DNA of 64,000 bases from Christensenellaceae bacterium. Lineage in GTDB: Bacteria > Bacillota > Clostridia > Christensenellales > CAG-138. The notes beneath the pieces are model-generated. The model saw only the letters and a list, made by a program, of their open reading frames with translations. It was not told the origin of the DNA and searched no databases. This document shows, in pieces, positions 21,080-29,724 of the stretch. Made by a program: the position numbers and the translations under genes. Position 1 is the first letter of the stretch; each line of letters begins with the position of its first letter. The stretch spans positions 453,354 to 517,353 of the forward strand of contig OY762936.1 of the NCBI GenBank assembly GCA_963666935.1, written 5' to 3'.

Positions 21080-21203
21080 GGTTTACTCCACTTCTTAATT
21101 AATGCCATATTTCGCTTTGTTAATAAGATATAGAACATTTCCGTTCATGGGTGGATCCGTTAATTTTTACATTGTCTGCTTACCTATTATAATACCACTT
21201 TTG

Positions 21204-21401
21204 CTAATTAAATTCCATAAGTTGTGCTGCAGTGTGGAAAGCGGCGGCAAATGACCAGATGATAAGGCTCAAATTGAGAGTAAAGAAAAGTCTGTTTTGC
21301 ATCGACCGCTTATCCAGAAGAATAACCTTGAATCCCAATAAAACATACAAAACAGAAAGAATCGTCAGTATAAGCGAGAATATATTCATATTGCCTTGCA
21401 T
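21204..21401 (-). pseudogene. 5' fragment paralogous to the N-terminus of the GGDEF-EAL sensor gene
   Basis: The 65-aa ORF aligns with the first ~55 aa of ORF 18707-21079 (FTLNLSLIIWSFAAA vs FVLNLSLFIWSFATA). It is truncated near repeat R2. Confidence 0.4.
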
Positions 21402-21790
21402 GATATACGCATAGCAAGAGCTCGTGTAATCATGCGCTCCTTTCTGTGATTTTTGTTATAGTTAAAATAGTCACTATGGACTGTTAATAGCTTGGCTATT
21501 TGCTATTTTCTGCTTAAACTGGGTTATAATGGCATGCGTCTAATGACTTATTAATTTATTTCATTTCGATAAGGCACATGATATCAAAATTATTCCATAT
21601 TAATATTATACTAGTAATATAAATTAATCAATGTTATTTGTGGCTTTGCATGTCTTCGTGCCTGTGTTAGATATGCCCGGCGCAAACAGCCAGAAAGTCT
21701 AGTATTACAGGCTTTTTGCCCGCAGACGCAACAAATCCCGCCTCTTAACGAAGCGGGATTTATTGTATCAACGATTAGTGATGATATGCT

Positions 21791-22325
21791 TGGCGGAGAA
21801 GGAGGGATTCGATTTCGGCCATCGGCAGGCCGAGCTTGCACTTCGTACTGCGCTCGTCGCGCCTGGCACGAAATCCCGGCCTCTAAAAACGCTTCACCGG
21901 AGCGTTTTCTTAACGTGGCTTCGAATCCCACTCAACAACAGGCACAAAAAAAAACCCGTCTTAAAAACGGGCTCTTCTTTGTGGCGGAGAAGGAGGGATT
22001 CGAACCCGCATACAGCCATATTTATGCGTATTTTTGCGTTATTTACCGTATGGATATTTGGCTAAAAACAGGCTTTTTTCACTTCGTCCGTGTCATTCAG
22101 TATAACTGATTGATAAGGGGTAAGGGGTAAAATAAGGGGTAGAAAATATGCCCCCCAACTAAACTTTTCTGAAGCAGTTTATCTCCCTATTTTTAATTCT
22201 TCGTCTGGCCTAATAACTTCTTGGTGCACTCTTCTTTGCTTCGTCTATGCTTCAGATTACTTTAGTTCATCCTTTGTTCAATTTAATATTTACTTTCAAA
22301 GCAGCTCACTGGTAATGGGAACTAA
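21791..22325. repeat. 535-bp direct repeat R2 (copy of 14967-15500), with tRNA-Ser 3' fragments at 21791-21812 and 21982-22007
   Basis: Nearly identical to R1. Copy offset is about 6824 bp. Confidence 0.8.
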
Positions 22326-22674
22326 AAAAATACTCCGGCTACCGATTAAGACTATGCTTGCACTAAAAGTTACCGAATAAATAATGCCGTCTATAAAAGA
22401 ATGCATCCCAATGCCTACTAACGCGGTTATGCCAAAAGCCAGATCGGGTTGTTTCGTTTTATATTTTATAAATTTATTACTAAAGAACATGAACATAAAA
22501 CCTGCTAAGGCAGCCAGACCCGCGTTGGGATTTTTTTATGGCTTGGGGAAAAGCCATAACTAGAGGAGCGGAAATTAAAACGCCAGCCGCGAAACATATA
22601 AAATGCTCCTTAGCTCTTTCTGCCCAAACTCTATTTCTATAAACAAACAAAATTCCAAGGCTATTTACTATCAT
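22296..22674 (-). pseudogene. ZIP-family (ZupT-like) metal transporter, frameshifted
   Basis: Two adjacent ORFs in different frames. The HSFIDGI motif resembles the ZIP TM4 HSxxEG signature. A T-homopolymer lies at the junction (~22530). Confidence 0.3.
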
Positions 22675-22747
22675 TGCACTTAATGCAAAAGTCGCAATCC
22701 ATGTGAATGTACTAAATGTTGGCCTTTTCTTATCTCCTTTTAACTGG

Positions 22748-23944
22748 TCAATTTTTTAAAGGTGAATTAATTGTTAGGCCAAGTTTTTTAAGCGCTATTT
22801 CAGGAGTCTCTTTATCTGTGACAATTATTTCAATATTTGAGTCAGAAAAAACATAGGCCGGTCCTTTACTGCTAAAGTCTTTTTTGAGTAGGACTAGATC
22901 AACCATATTCCTTACCAGAAATTCTGCTGCTAATATTCCTTTGCTTTTTTCAATTTTACAAAAGGGATTGTCAATAATCTCTGTCTTATTAGAGGCCTTG
23001 TCTCCAGCCTTAAATGTTACAAGCATAAAATATAATGCTTCCCCAAAATGAGCACTGATCGAAGCTTGATCATCTGTCAACGGTATGGCATAAATGATTT
23101 CTTCCTTTTGTAGTGGCTCATAATGGATAAGTATCCGGTCTATGTTCTTGATTTCAACTTTGATATGGTCCTCTATTTTATCTACAAGGTAATGAGCTTT
23201 GTCTAAGTCGTGCGTTTTGATAATTAAACTTGCTTCAATAAACTTAAACCGTCCTGAATTACGGCCTGTTAGGGATTTCAGCTCGATTACTTGAGGTGTA
23301 TCTACAATGATCTTTTCCACCTTGCTAAGTGTTTTATAATCTAAGGAAGCGTCCAAAAGGACTCGGATCCCATCCAGTAATATTTCCAGTCCAGTCTTTG
23401 CAATAAATCCAACAACAATGAAAGCCGCTACCTTATCAAATTGATATCCCAGTATGTTGGCAATTATTGCTGCCAAAACAGCTGTATTGCTTAACACGTC
23501 CGTACGGATATGAGCAGCGTCAGCTAATAACATGGGCGAATTTATTTTTTTCCCAATTTTTTTCTCATATCTGGAAAACCAGAAGGTGATCACCATTGCA
23601 ACGACTACACTAAGTATTGCAAGCCAAGAATTTTGCAGTGTTCCCGAACTTTTTGTCATAACCTCCCGCACAATCTCATAACCCGTGTAGAGGATAATTA
23701 AGGAAATTAAAACAGACATTAAATTTTCAACCTTATAGAGGCCATATGGAAATCTCTTGGTTTTGCGTTTTGCAATCTTCAATCCTACAAAAACAGTTGA
23801 AGATGCAACAAAATCCGCAAAGCTGTGAAATGCTTCAGCTTTTAATGCAATACTGCCAGACGCAGATGCAGCCAAATATTTTACGCCAAATAAAAGAAAA
23901 TTAATAGCCATCGATAGCAGTGCCGTTCTTTCGCTTATCTCCAT
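22748..23944 (-). CDS. cation diffusion facilitator (CDF) transporter fused to a C-terminal NifX/NafY-like (dinitrogenase FeMo-cofactor-binding fold) domain
   Basis: CDF HxxxD motifs are present in two TM helices (HSFADFVAS and AAHIRTDVLSN). C-terminal ISAHFGEALYFMLVTF matches the PF02579-type FG..A..F core. Confidence 0.6.
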   Translation of the reverse strand: MEISERTALLSMAINFLLFGVKYLAASASGSIALKAEAFHSFADFVASSTVFVGLKIAKRKTKRFPYGLYKVENLMSVLISLIILYTGYEIVREVMTKSSGTLQNSWLAILSVVVAMVITFWFSRYEKKIGKKINSPMLLADAAHIRTDVLSNTAVLAAIIANILGYQFDKVAAFIVVGFIAKTGLEILLDGIRVLLDASLDYKTLSKVEKIIVDTPQVIELKSLTGRNSGRFKFIEASLIIKTHDLDKAHYLVDKIEDHIKVEIKNIDRILIHYEPLQKEEIIYAIPLTDDQASISAHFGEALYFMLVTFKAGDKASNKTEIIDNPFCKIEKSKGILAAEFLVRNMVDLVLLKKDFSSKGPAYVFSDSNIEIIVTDKETPEIALKKLGLTINSPLKN

Positions 23945-24247
23945 AAAATCACACCCTTTCAAAAACATTGATTATCTATAAATCATTTTAACCTATAGGT
24001 ATCATATCCCTTATAATTTATCGCAACCACCCCGCTGTCTTTTTTCAGATCATCTAAAATTACATTGATATTGTTACAGCTTCTCGACTTTAGAAATCCT
24101 TCAATTTCGAACTGGTTCATAGGATGACGCTTTATAATGCTCACGATTCTGTAATTTGTCGATCTTTTGCAAGGCCGGCAAAAGGTGTCCCAAAATCCGG
24201 CATTTCGTTTACCTCCTTAATTCTTACTCGCTGTAGACCTTAACCTA

Positions 24248-24922
24248 TTATTTCTTTTCTTTATTAAAGCATAAGAACCAATCAAGGCAATATTTATTTT
24301 CATCTTGGTTTTCCATTCTCTCCTTGGCAACTCCACATGATCCAGGTGTTGGAATAATCGTATCATCTCCCGGCCTCCAGTTGGCTGGTGTGGCAACTGA
24401 ATCTTTATCGGCCTTTTGTAAAGCAAGTATTATTCTCTTGATTTCATCAAAATTACGCCCACAGGATGCCGGGTAGTATAGGATAGTTCGAATAACCGCC
24501 TTTGGGTCGATGACAAATACTGCACGCACTGCCTGAGTGGTAGACTGAGATTGGATCATTCCATATTTATTGGCTACTTCCATTTTGATATCTTCAATTA
24601 AAGGGAATTTCACTTCAACTTTCTCCAGGCCATTCCATTTTAACTCCTGTATCTTTCTGAGCCATGCTATGTGCGCATAAAGTGAGTCTACTGAAAGTCC
24701 GATAAGCTCTGTATTCAATGCTTTGAAGTCTTCTGCCATTGACGCAAAAGTCATAAATTCAGTGGTACAAACTGGTGTAAAATCGGCTGGGTGAGAAAAC
24801 AAGATCACCCATTTACCTTTGAAGTCATCAGGAAAATTGATTGCGCCTTGCGTTGTTACTGCTTTAAACGCTGGCGCCAAGTCCCCAATTAATGGCATTC
24901 TATTTACATTCATTTCTTCCAT
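24248..24922 (-). CDS. 1-Cys peroxiredoxin (Prx6-like, AhpC/TSA family)
   Basis: FTPVCTTE peroxidatic-Cys motif is present. RBS aaggagg sits 8 nt upstream of the ATG at 24922. Confidence 0.75.
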   Translation of the reverse strand: MEEMNVNRMPLIGDLAPAFKAVTTQGAINFPDDFKGKWVILFSHPADFTPVCTTEFMTFASMAEDFKALNTELIGLSVDSLYAHIAWLRKIQELKWNGLEKVEVKFPLIEDIKMEVANKYGMIQSQSTTQAVRAVFVIDPKAVIRTILYYPASCGRNFDEIKRIILALQKADKDSVATPANWRPGDDTIIPTPGSCGVAKERMENQDENKYCLDWFLCFNKEKK

Positions 24923-25042
24923 GATTATTACCTCCTTTAATTTTATAAAAAAATATGGTATTTGCCCAAAAGAGATACATACACCGTTTTCCATTGTTTT
25001 GTCATCTACTAGCATTGCTATTTTTATTAGGTATCCTCCTCC

Positions 25043-25387
25043 TTATCGTATTGTTCTTCTTCCACAACCATGCATCCGCTCAATTTCGTTGTAAAGTTTA
25101 TAATCTCCGCCTTCAATCTTAAGAACGTTCCCATTAACTAAGGACTCGGCGATCTTACTTCGTGCATCCCTGTAAATATTTTGAACAGTAGCACGTGCAA
25201 CCTGCATCTTTTCAGCACATTCTTCCTGAGTCAAACCTTCAAGATCTATAAGGCGGATAGCTTCATACTCTTCAACTGTCATCATAATAATTTCGTTTTC
25301 TATATCTGATCCATTAAGCGGTCCATATAGGTTGCTCTTTGGCAGGCAACATACTTTTCTCCATTTTCTTGGTCTTGACATTACCAA
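25043..25387 (-). CDS. DUF134 (UPF0251) family putative DNA-binding regulator
   Basis: N-terminal [10 protein letters not shown] and a central HTH-like segment [28 protein letters not shown] are present. RBS gaggtg precedes the ATG. Confidence 0.55.
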   Translation of the reverse strand: MVMSRPRKWRKVCCLPKSNLYGPLNGSDIENEIIMMTVEEYEAIRLIDLEGLTQEECAEKMQVARATVQNIYRDARSKIAESLVNGNVLKIEGGDYKLYNEIERMHGCGRRTIR

Positions 25388-25429
25388 TTCACCTCATTCA
25401 AGCAACATAAGTAACAGGGGTATCCCCTG

Positions 25430-25726
25430 TCACTTATTAACCTCTGGCATATTTTCTAATTGTCTACTAACAATATCTAGCCTTTTTTGAAGTAACTCTT
25501 TTTGCTCTGTAAGAATCTCTTTGTCAGTTAACACAACAGTTTCTCCAGCAAAAGATCTTCCAAATCCTCGTAGGCATCCATAGCCCGCTCCCCGACCTAA
25601 TCCTCTGCCACTTACTCGACCAAATCCAGCGCCATATCCGCCTACATTAGCTCCATTGCAAACTCCTGAGACTCTTCCGCTCATTGCTCCACGACCCATT
25701 GGGCCTGTTCCATCTCTTCCTGGCAT
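25430..25726 (-). CDS. Gly/Arg-rich small protein (DUF5320-like) with C-terminal coiled coil
   Basis: N-terminal MPGRDGTGPMGRG followed by GRG/GYG repeats containing Cys. C-terminal helical KEILTEQKELLQKRLDIVSRQLENM. Confidence 0.45.
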   Translation of the reverse strand: MPGRDGTGPMGRGAMSGRVSGVCNGANVGGYGAGFGRVSGRGLGRGAGYGCLRGFGRSFAGETVVLTDKEILTEQKELLQKRLDIVSRQLENMPEVNK

Positions 25727-25749
25727 AGTATCTTTTCCTTTCGATTTGA

Positions 25750-25986
25750 TTATGTTCTAATCATTGTCGTACCGCATTTTGGGCACTTCATACTTGCACA
25801 AGGTTCCGCACGTAGATGTTTTACTTTTTCACCACAGTTTGGGCATTCACAATAACCTTCTGGACCTGCACTTGCAGGACCTCCCATTTTTCCTCTACCA
25901 GCTGCTGTTCCAGTTTGTCTGCCTATACCGGCACCTCTGCCTGCTCCAGCTGGGCCTGTTCCGTCTCTTCTTAACATATCTACCAC
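25750..25986 (-). CDS. Gly/Arg-rich small protein (DUF5320-like N-terminus) with C-terminal CxxC...CxxC zinc ribbon
   Basis: N-terminal MLRRDGTGPAGAGRGAGIGR. C-terminal CECPNCGEKVKH...CPKCGTTM. RBS aggaggtg precedes the ATG. Confidence 0.45.
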   Translation of the reverse strand: MVDMLRRDGTGPAGAGRGAGIGRQTGTAAGRGKMGGPASAGPEGYCECPNCGEKVKHLRAEPCASMKCPKCGTTMIRT

Positions 25987-26023
25987 CTCCTAATGGTTTT
26001 TGGCATATGCTATTTATAATTTC

Positions 26024-26051
26024 ATTATAGACTGTTTTTGGCATATGTCAA
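26024..26051 (-). promoter_or_regulatory. near-consensus sigma-A promoter (TTGACA-16-TATAAT) for the DUF5320/DUF134/Prx/CDF operon, bracketed by direct-repeat putative operator catatgccaaaaac x2
   Basis: On the minus strand: ggttaTTGACAtatgccaaaaacagtcTATAATgaaattataaatagcatatgccaaaaacc, then RBS aggaggtg and the ATG at 25986. Confidence 0.5.
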
Positions 26052-26244
26052 TAACCGTTTTGGAATAAGCAAAATGAAACAGAGCCGGCACTCAAGGAAT
26101 TATTTCCTCTAGAGACGGCCAGTTTTGTACAGGTGATACTGTATTAAGGACTATTCGTCATTAACTTCTGCGAGCTGTGGCCGCTGATCGATTGTCAGTA
26201 CCACGCCTTCACTCTCTAATGCATATCCGATCAATTGGAAATAG

Positions 26245-26290
26245 CGATTTAACTGCAACAAAGAGCAATTAAAATCTATAAGGAGTATTT
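26245..26290. repeat. 46-bp direct repeat (copy 1) cgatttaactgcaacaaagagcaattaaaatctataaggRgtattt with internal imperfect palindrome TTAACTGC-N8-GCAATTAA
   Basis: Second copy at 27826-27871. The two copies flank the patatin gene. Confidence 0.7.
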
Positions 26291-26479
26291 ACCTTTATTA
26301 AACAAAAAAAAAGACTACCAAACATGGCAATCAAAATATTTTAATGCAAAAATTCAATAGTTTAGCTTAATAATATACCACCAGAAACCAATTCATAATA
26401 ACAATACAACTTTCTACAATAATATTATGAATCTATTTTCGAATTTGCTTTGATAAGCCTCTGCTGATGAACTATCTCT

Positions 26480-27325
26480 TCAATTACTTTTCTTAAATAT
26501 TTTATGGGCTAGCTTTTCCCAGTAGTTCGGAGTCTTTCCTTCGAGAAGTTTTTTAATATCATCAATCATTCCAAGTGCTGCGGCTCTGCCTATGCCAATG
26601 CTTTCTTCCACTTTCGCAAATTCAGTTGGGCCGATTTTACTTGTATCTACCACAATTGTAATATCTGCATCGGTTTTCATTCCACGCATGGCCTCCCATT
26701 GCTGAAGCTCAAAAGAATATATCATAATATCAACGATGTTTTTAGGTGAAGAACGGAGCTCTCCACGGTAACCAACATCTACTGCTATCACAATATCTGC
26801 GCCCATACTGCGCGCTGCATCTACCGGTACCCTTACAAGCACTCCACCGTCTACATAAGTCTTGCCGTCAAATATTACGGGTTCGAACACTCCAGGAAGG
26901 GAGATACTAGCACGAACCGCATCTGTCGTTTTGCCTGAATCAAATATCTTAACCTTACCATCTTCCAAGCAGGCGGATATTGTGGCAAACGGTATTTTCA
27001 TTTCATCTATATTGCTATCGCCAGTCAATGCAGTGATAATGGTATCTATATTATTACCTTTTATAAGACCAATGCGCGGCAGAGTAACATCAATAAGTTT
27101 TCCGTATCCATTGCTGAAGGTATCGGACACAATGGTATGTATTTCTTCAGATGAAATGCCGCTTGCGAACATGCAGCCTATTACAGCGCCCATACTGCAT
27201 CCGGCAATAAAGTCTATAGGCACACCATGTTCTTCCAATACCTCCAACACACCTATATGAGTCAGTCCTCTGGCAGCACCTGCTCCAAGAGCCAATCCGA
27301 TTTTAACTTTCTTATTCATTTTCAT
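26480..27325 (-). CDS. patatin-like phospholipase
   Basis: GxGxxG oxyanion motif (LALGAGAARG), GxSxG nucleophile motif (GCSMGAVIG) and a downstream DGG Asp motif are present. Confidence 0.75.
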   Translation of the reverse strand: MKMNKKVKIGLALGAGAARGLTHIGVLEVLEEHGVPIDFIAGCSMGAVIGCMFASGISSEEIHTIVSDTFSNGYGKLIDVTLPRIGLIKGNNIDTIITALTGDSNIDEMKIPFATISACLEDGKVKIFDSGKTTDAVRASISLPGVFEPVIFDGKTYVDGGVLVRVPVDAARSMGADIVIAVDVGYRGELRSSPKNIVDIMIYSFELQQWEAMRGMKTDADITIVVDTSKIGPTEFAKVEESIGIGRAAALGMIDDIKKLLEGKTPNYWEKLAHKIFKKSN

Positions 27326-27825
27326 TCGCTCCTGTTGCTTTATTTATTACAATTCATTCAAAAAATTATTGCAAGATAAAGTGCTAATAAGCATTGAATT
27401 ATTATCCTTATCGCTTGAATTAAATTTTCGAGTTCTTCCGGTGTGCAAGTAAAAACGTTCAAGAAAACATATTAACCAAAAATATTTCTCCTGACTGCTC
27501 ATGCTTGGGAATATATCGAAACCCGCATTGTATCCGGTCTATTAAGATTCGTATAATATGTATAACCTGTTACAGTGTGTTCCTTTAATATAATATTTAA
27601 AGGTATATGGTTGGAATTGTCAAATTTGGCTCTTATCTACAGGCAAGATAGTTGCAATGCCTGGAGAGAATACGAGCGGCCGGTAGGGTTCTGCTACGGA
27701 TAGCCCGGGGATATTTAATAACCCTAGTATCAATATTTCTATCCTTAGGAGAACCTTAATGCGATAACACATGATAAAGAAAAAACCGCAGACAGCGATG
27801 CTAATCACACTATTGCCTGCGGTTA

Positions 27826-27871
27826 ACGATTTAACTGCAACAAAGAGCAATTAAAATCTATAAGGGGTATT
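27826..27871. repeat. 46-bp direct repeat (copy 2) of 26245-26290
   Basis: Identical except for one substitution. Confidence 0.7.
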
Positions 27872-27919
27872 TTAACAAAGAAAAAAAGCCAGTTTTCCCA
27901 GATAAACAGGCTTTTCTTG

Positions 27920-27982
27920 TGGTGGAGAAGGAGGGATTATCATTATGAGCCGCAAAGAGCGCGGCTGAACGGTTTATCATTT
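27920..27982. repeat. element C/E2: tRNA-Ser 3'-end fragment (tggtggagaaggagggatt) fused to conserved motif attatgagccgcaaagagcgcggctgaacggtttatcattt
   Basis: Copy of the arrangement at 12267-12329. The discriminator base differs (A vs G). Confidence 0.6.
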
Positions 27983-28294
27983 GCCAACCCCACGATCTGC
28001 ATTATTGCTGCCGAAAACGTCGCACGGTAAACAAGAACCGGGCGGCGTTTTTTTATGATAGTAACCCAACGCATAATAAGCATGATGTTATTGTGGTTGG
28101 CTGCATACGCCGGCACAATAGATACCGCGAATGTGGCCCTGCGCTCTACACAATCATGTTTGGATTTTCCTAATTACAAATGCGTGCAACAATAGTCGAC
28201 TACTGTTTACGGACATCTGTCAACCTGACAATAAAAGACTTTAATTTTGCTTAATGCCAGACTGCCCGAAAAGTGCTCCGGCCGTATTAACACA

Positions 28295-28305
28295 CCCCCC
28301 CCCCC
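28295..28305. repeat. homopolymeric C11 tract followed by an extended -10 (TGgTATAAAT) about 230 bp upstream of the FG-GAP/C11 gene pair
   Basis: cacaCCCCCCCCCCCgcaaag ... gagtaTGgTATAAATaa. Confidence 0.5.
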
Positions 28306-28575
28306 GCAAAGTACTGGGCAGGAGAGTATGGTATAAATAATAAGAATATTTACAATTGCCGCTGCAATCAATCGGCTGGCACCATCGAAAGTATAATGCT
28401 AAGTTCATGCAAATATTAATTCAATTAAATGAAATGTATGCATATTGAAAGTACAGGAATCCGCTATTGCTGAACATATACCAACTTTTTCGGGAAGCCA
28501 GTTGTATATGGATGTAACTGGAATGTAAAAGCCTGAATATTATAAAGGGTGTGAGTCTATTGAGGAGGGGAAATT

Positions 28576-29631
28576 ATGAATGCATCTTTTGCTCCGGCTG
28601 TGTTTTATGGCACCGATCGCGGTCCCTACGGAATCGTTGTTGCTGATTTCACCGGCACGGGCGTTATAGATTTGGCCACGGCATGTAACCAAAATGATAG
28701 TGTGGCGGTATTACTTGGGAATGGCAACGGTACATTTAAAACGATGGTGACGTACGCTGTTGGAAGCAATCCCACCGCTGTCACTGCGGCTGATTTTAAT
28801 GGGGACGGCAATATGGATTTGGCTGTAACAGATTCAAACGGCGGTGATATTGCGGTTCTTTTCGGTAACGGTGATGGTACTTTTGGATCTGCTCATGCCT
28901 TGTCGGCGACCTCGAACCCGCTCAGTATCGTATCGGCCGACTTTAGGAATAACGGCAATATGGATCTGGCCATAGTCGATGCGGGCGCCTCCGTAGTAGG
29001 CGTCCTGCTTGGCAACGGCAATGGTACTTTTGCGGCAATGACACTTTATCCAATAAGTGCTGTGGGCGTTGGAATCATAGCTGCTGATTTTAACGGCAAC
29101 GGCAAAATGGACTTGGCGGTAACCTGTGATGATGGGCAGGTTAGAATCTTGCTTGGAAACGGTAACGGCACGTTTATGGATGCAGTAGCTTACCCCGCGG
29201 GCAATGACGTTGTATATGCCACTGCCGCCGACTTTGACAACGATGGTAAAATGGATCTTGCCGTAACAAATATGAGTACCAATAAAGTTGCGATCCTGCT
29301 TGGGAATGGCGATGGTACTTTTCGAAGCCCAACATTTTTCGATGCCGGATTTTATCCATGCGGCATCGTGTCCGCAGATTTTAACGGAGAAGGTAAAATG
29401 GATCTGGCAGTAACAAATATAGGCGATAACCGTGTCGCAATTTTGCTTGGAAACGGCGACGGTACGTTCCAGAGCTGTCAATTTTATAATGCAAACGACT
29501 ATCCGGCCAATATTGTAACGGAAGACTTTAACAGGGACGGTAAAAAAGACTTGGCCGTGATTGGTTTCTATTCCAATAATGTCGGAGTATTCATCAACAC
29601 AACGCCGGTTCGCGGCCTGCCTTCTTTATAG
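28576..29631 (+). CDS. FG-GAP/VCBS repeat 7-bladed beta-propeller protein, no signal peptide (predicted cytoplasmic)
   Basis: Seven repeats of the pattern ADFNGDGxMDLAVT...LLGNGNGTF. RBS ggagg precedes the ATG. The N-terminus is not hydrophobic. Confidence 0.7.
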   Translation: MNASFAPAVFYGTDRGPYGIVVADFTGTGVIDLATACNQNDSVAVLLGNGNGTFKTMVTYAVGSNPTAVTAADFNGDGNMDLAVTDSNGGDIAVLFGNGDGTFGSAHALSATSNPLSIVSADFRNNGNMDLAIVDAGASVVGVLLGNGNGTFAAMTLYPISAVGVGIIAADFNGNGKMDLAVTCDDGQVRILLGNGNGTFMDAVAYPAGNDVVYATAADFDNDGKMDLAVTNMSTNKVAILLGNGDGTFRSPTFFDAGFYPCGIVSADFNGEGKMDLAVTNIGDNRVAILLGNGDGTFQSCQFYNANDYPANIVTEDFNRDGKKDLAVIGFYSNNVGVFINTTPVRGLPSL

Positions 29632-29724
29632 AGGAGGGCATTACTTAAAGTTATTTTAATCGTTCAGCCGGGTTTTATAGAATAACTTACTATCACTAAG
29701 GAGCGATTAAAAGGAGCGATTAAA

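Noticed and set aside
27620-27850. 76-aa hydrophobic ORF overlapping the 46-bp repeat copy 2
   Set aside because: No RBS. It spans a repeat and a non-coding AT-rich region, so it is probably spurious.
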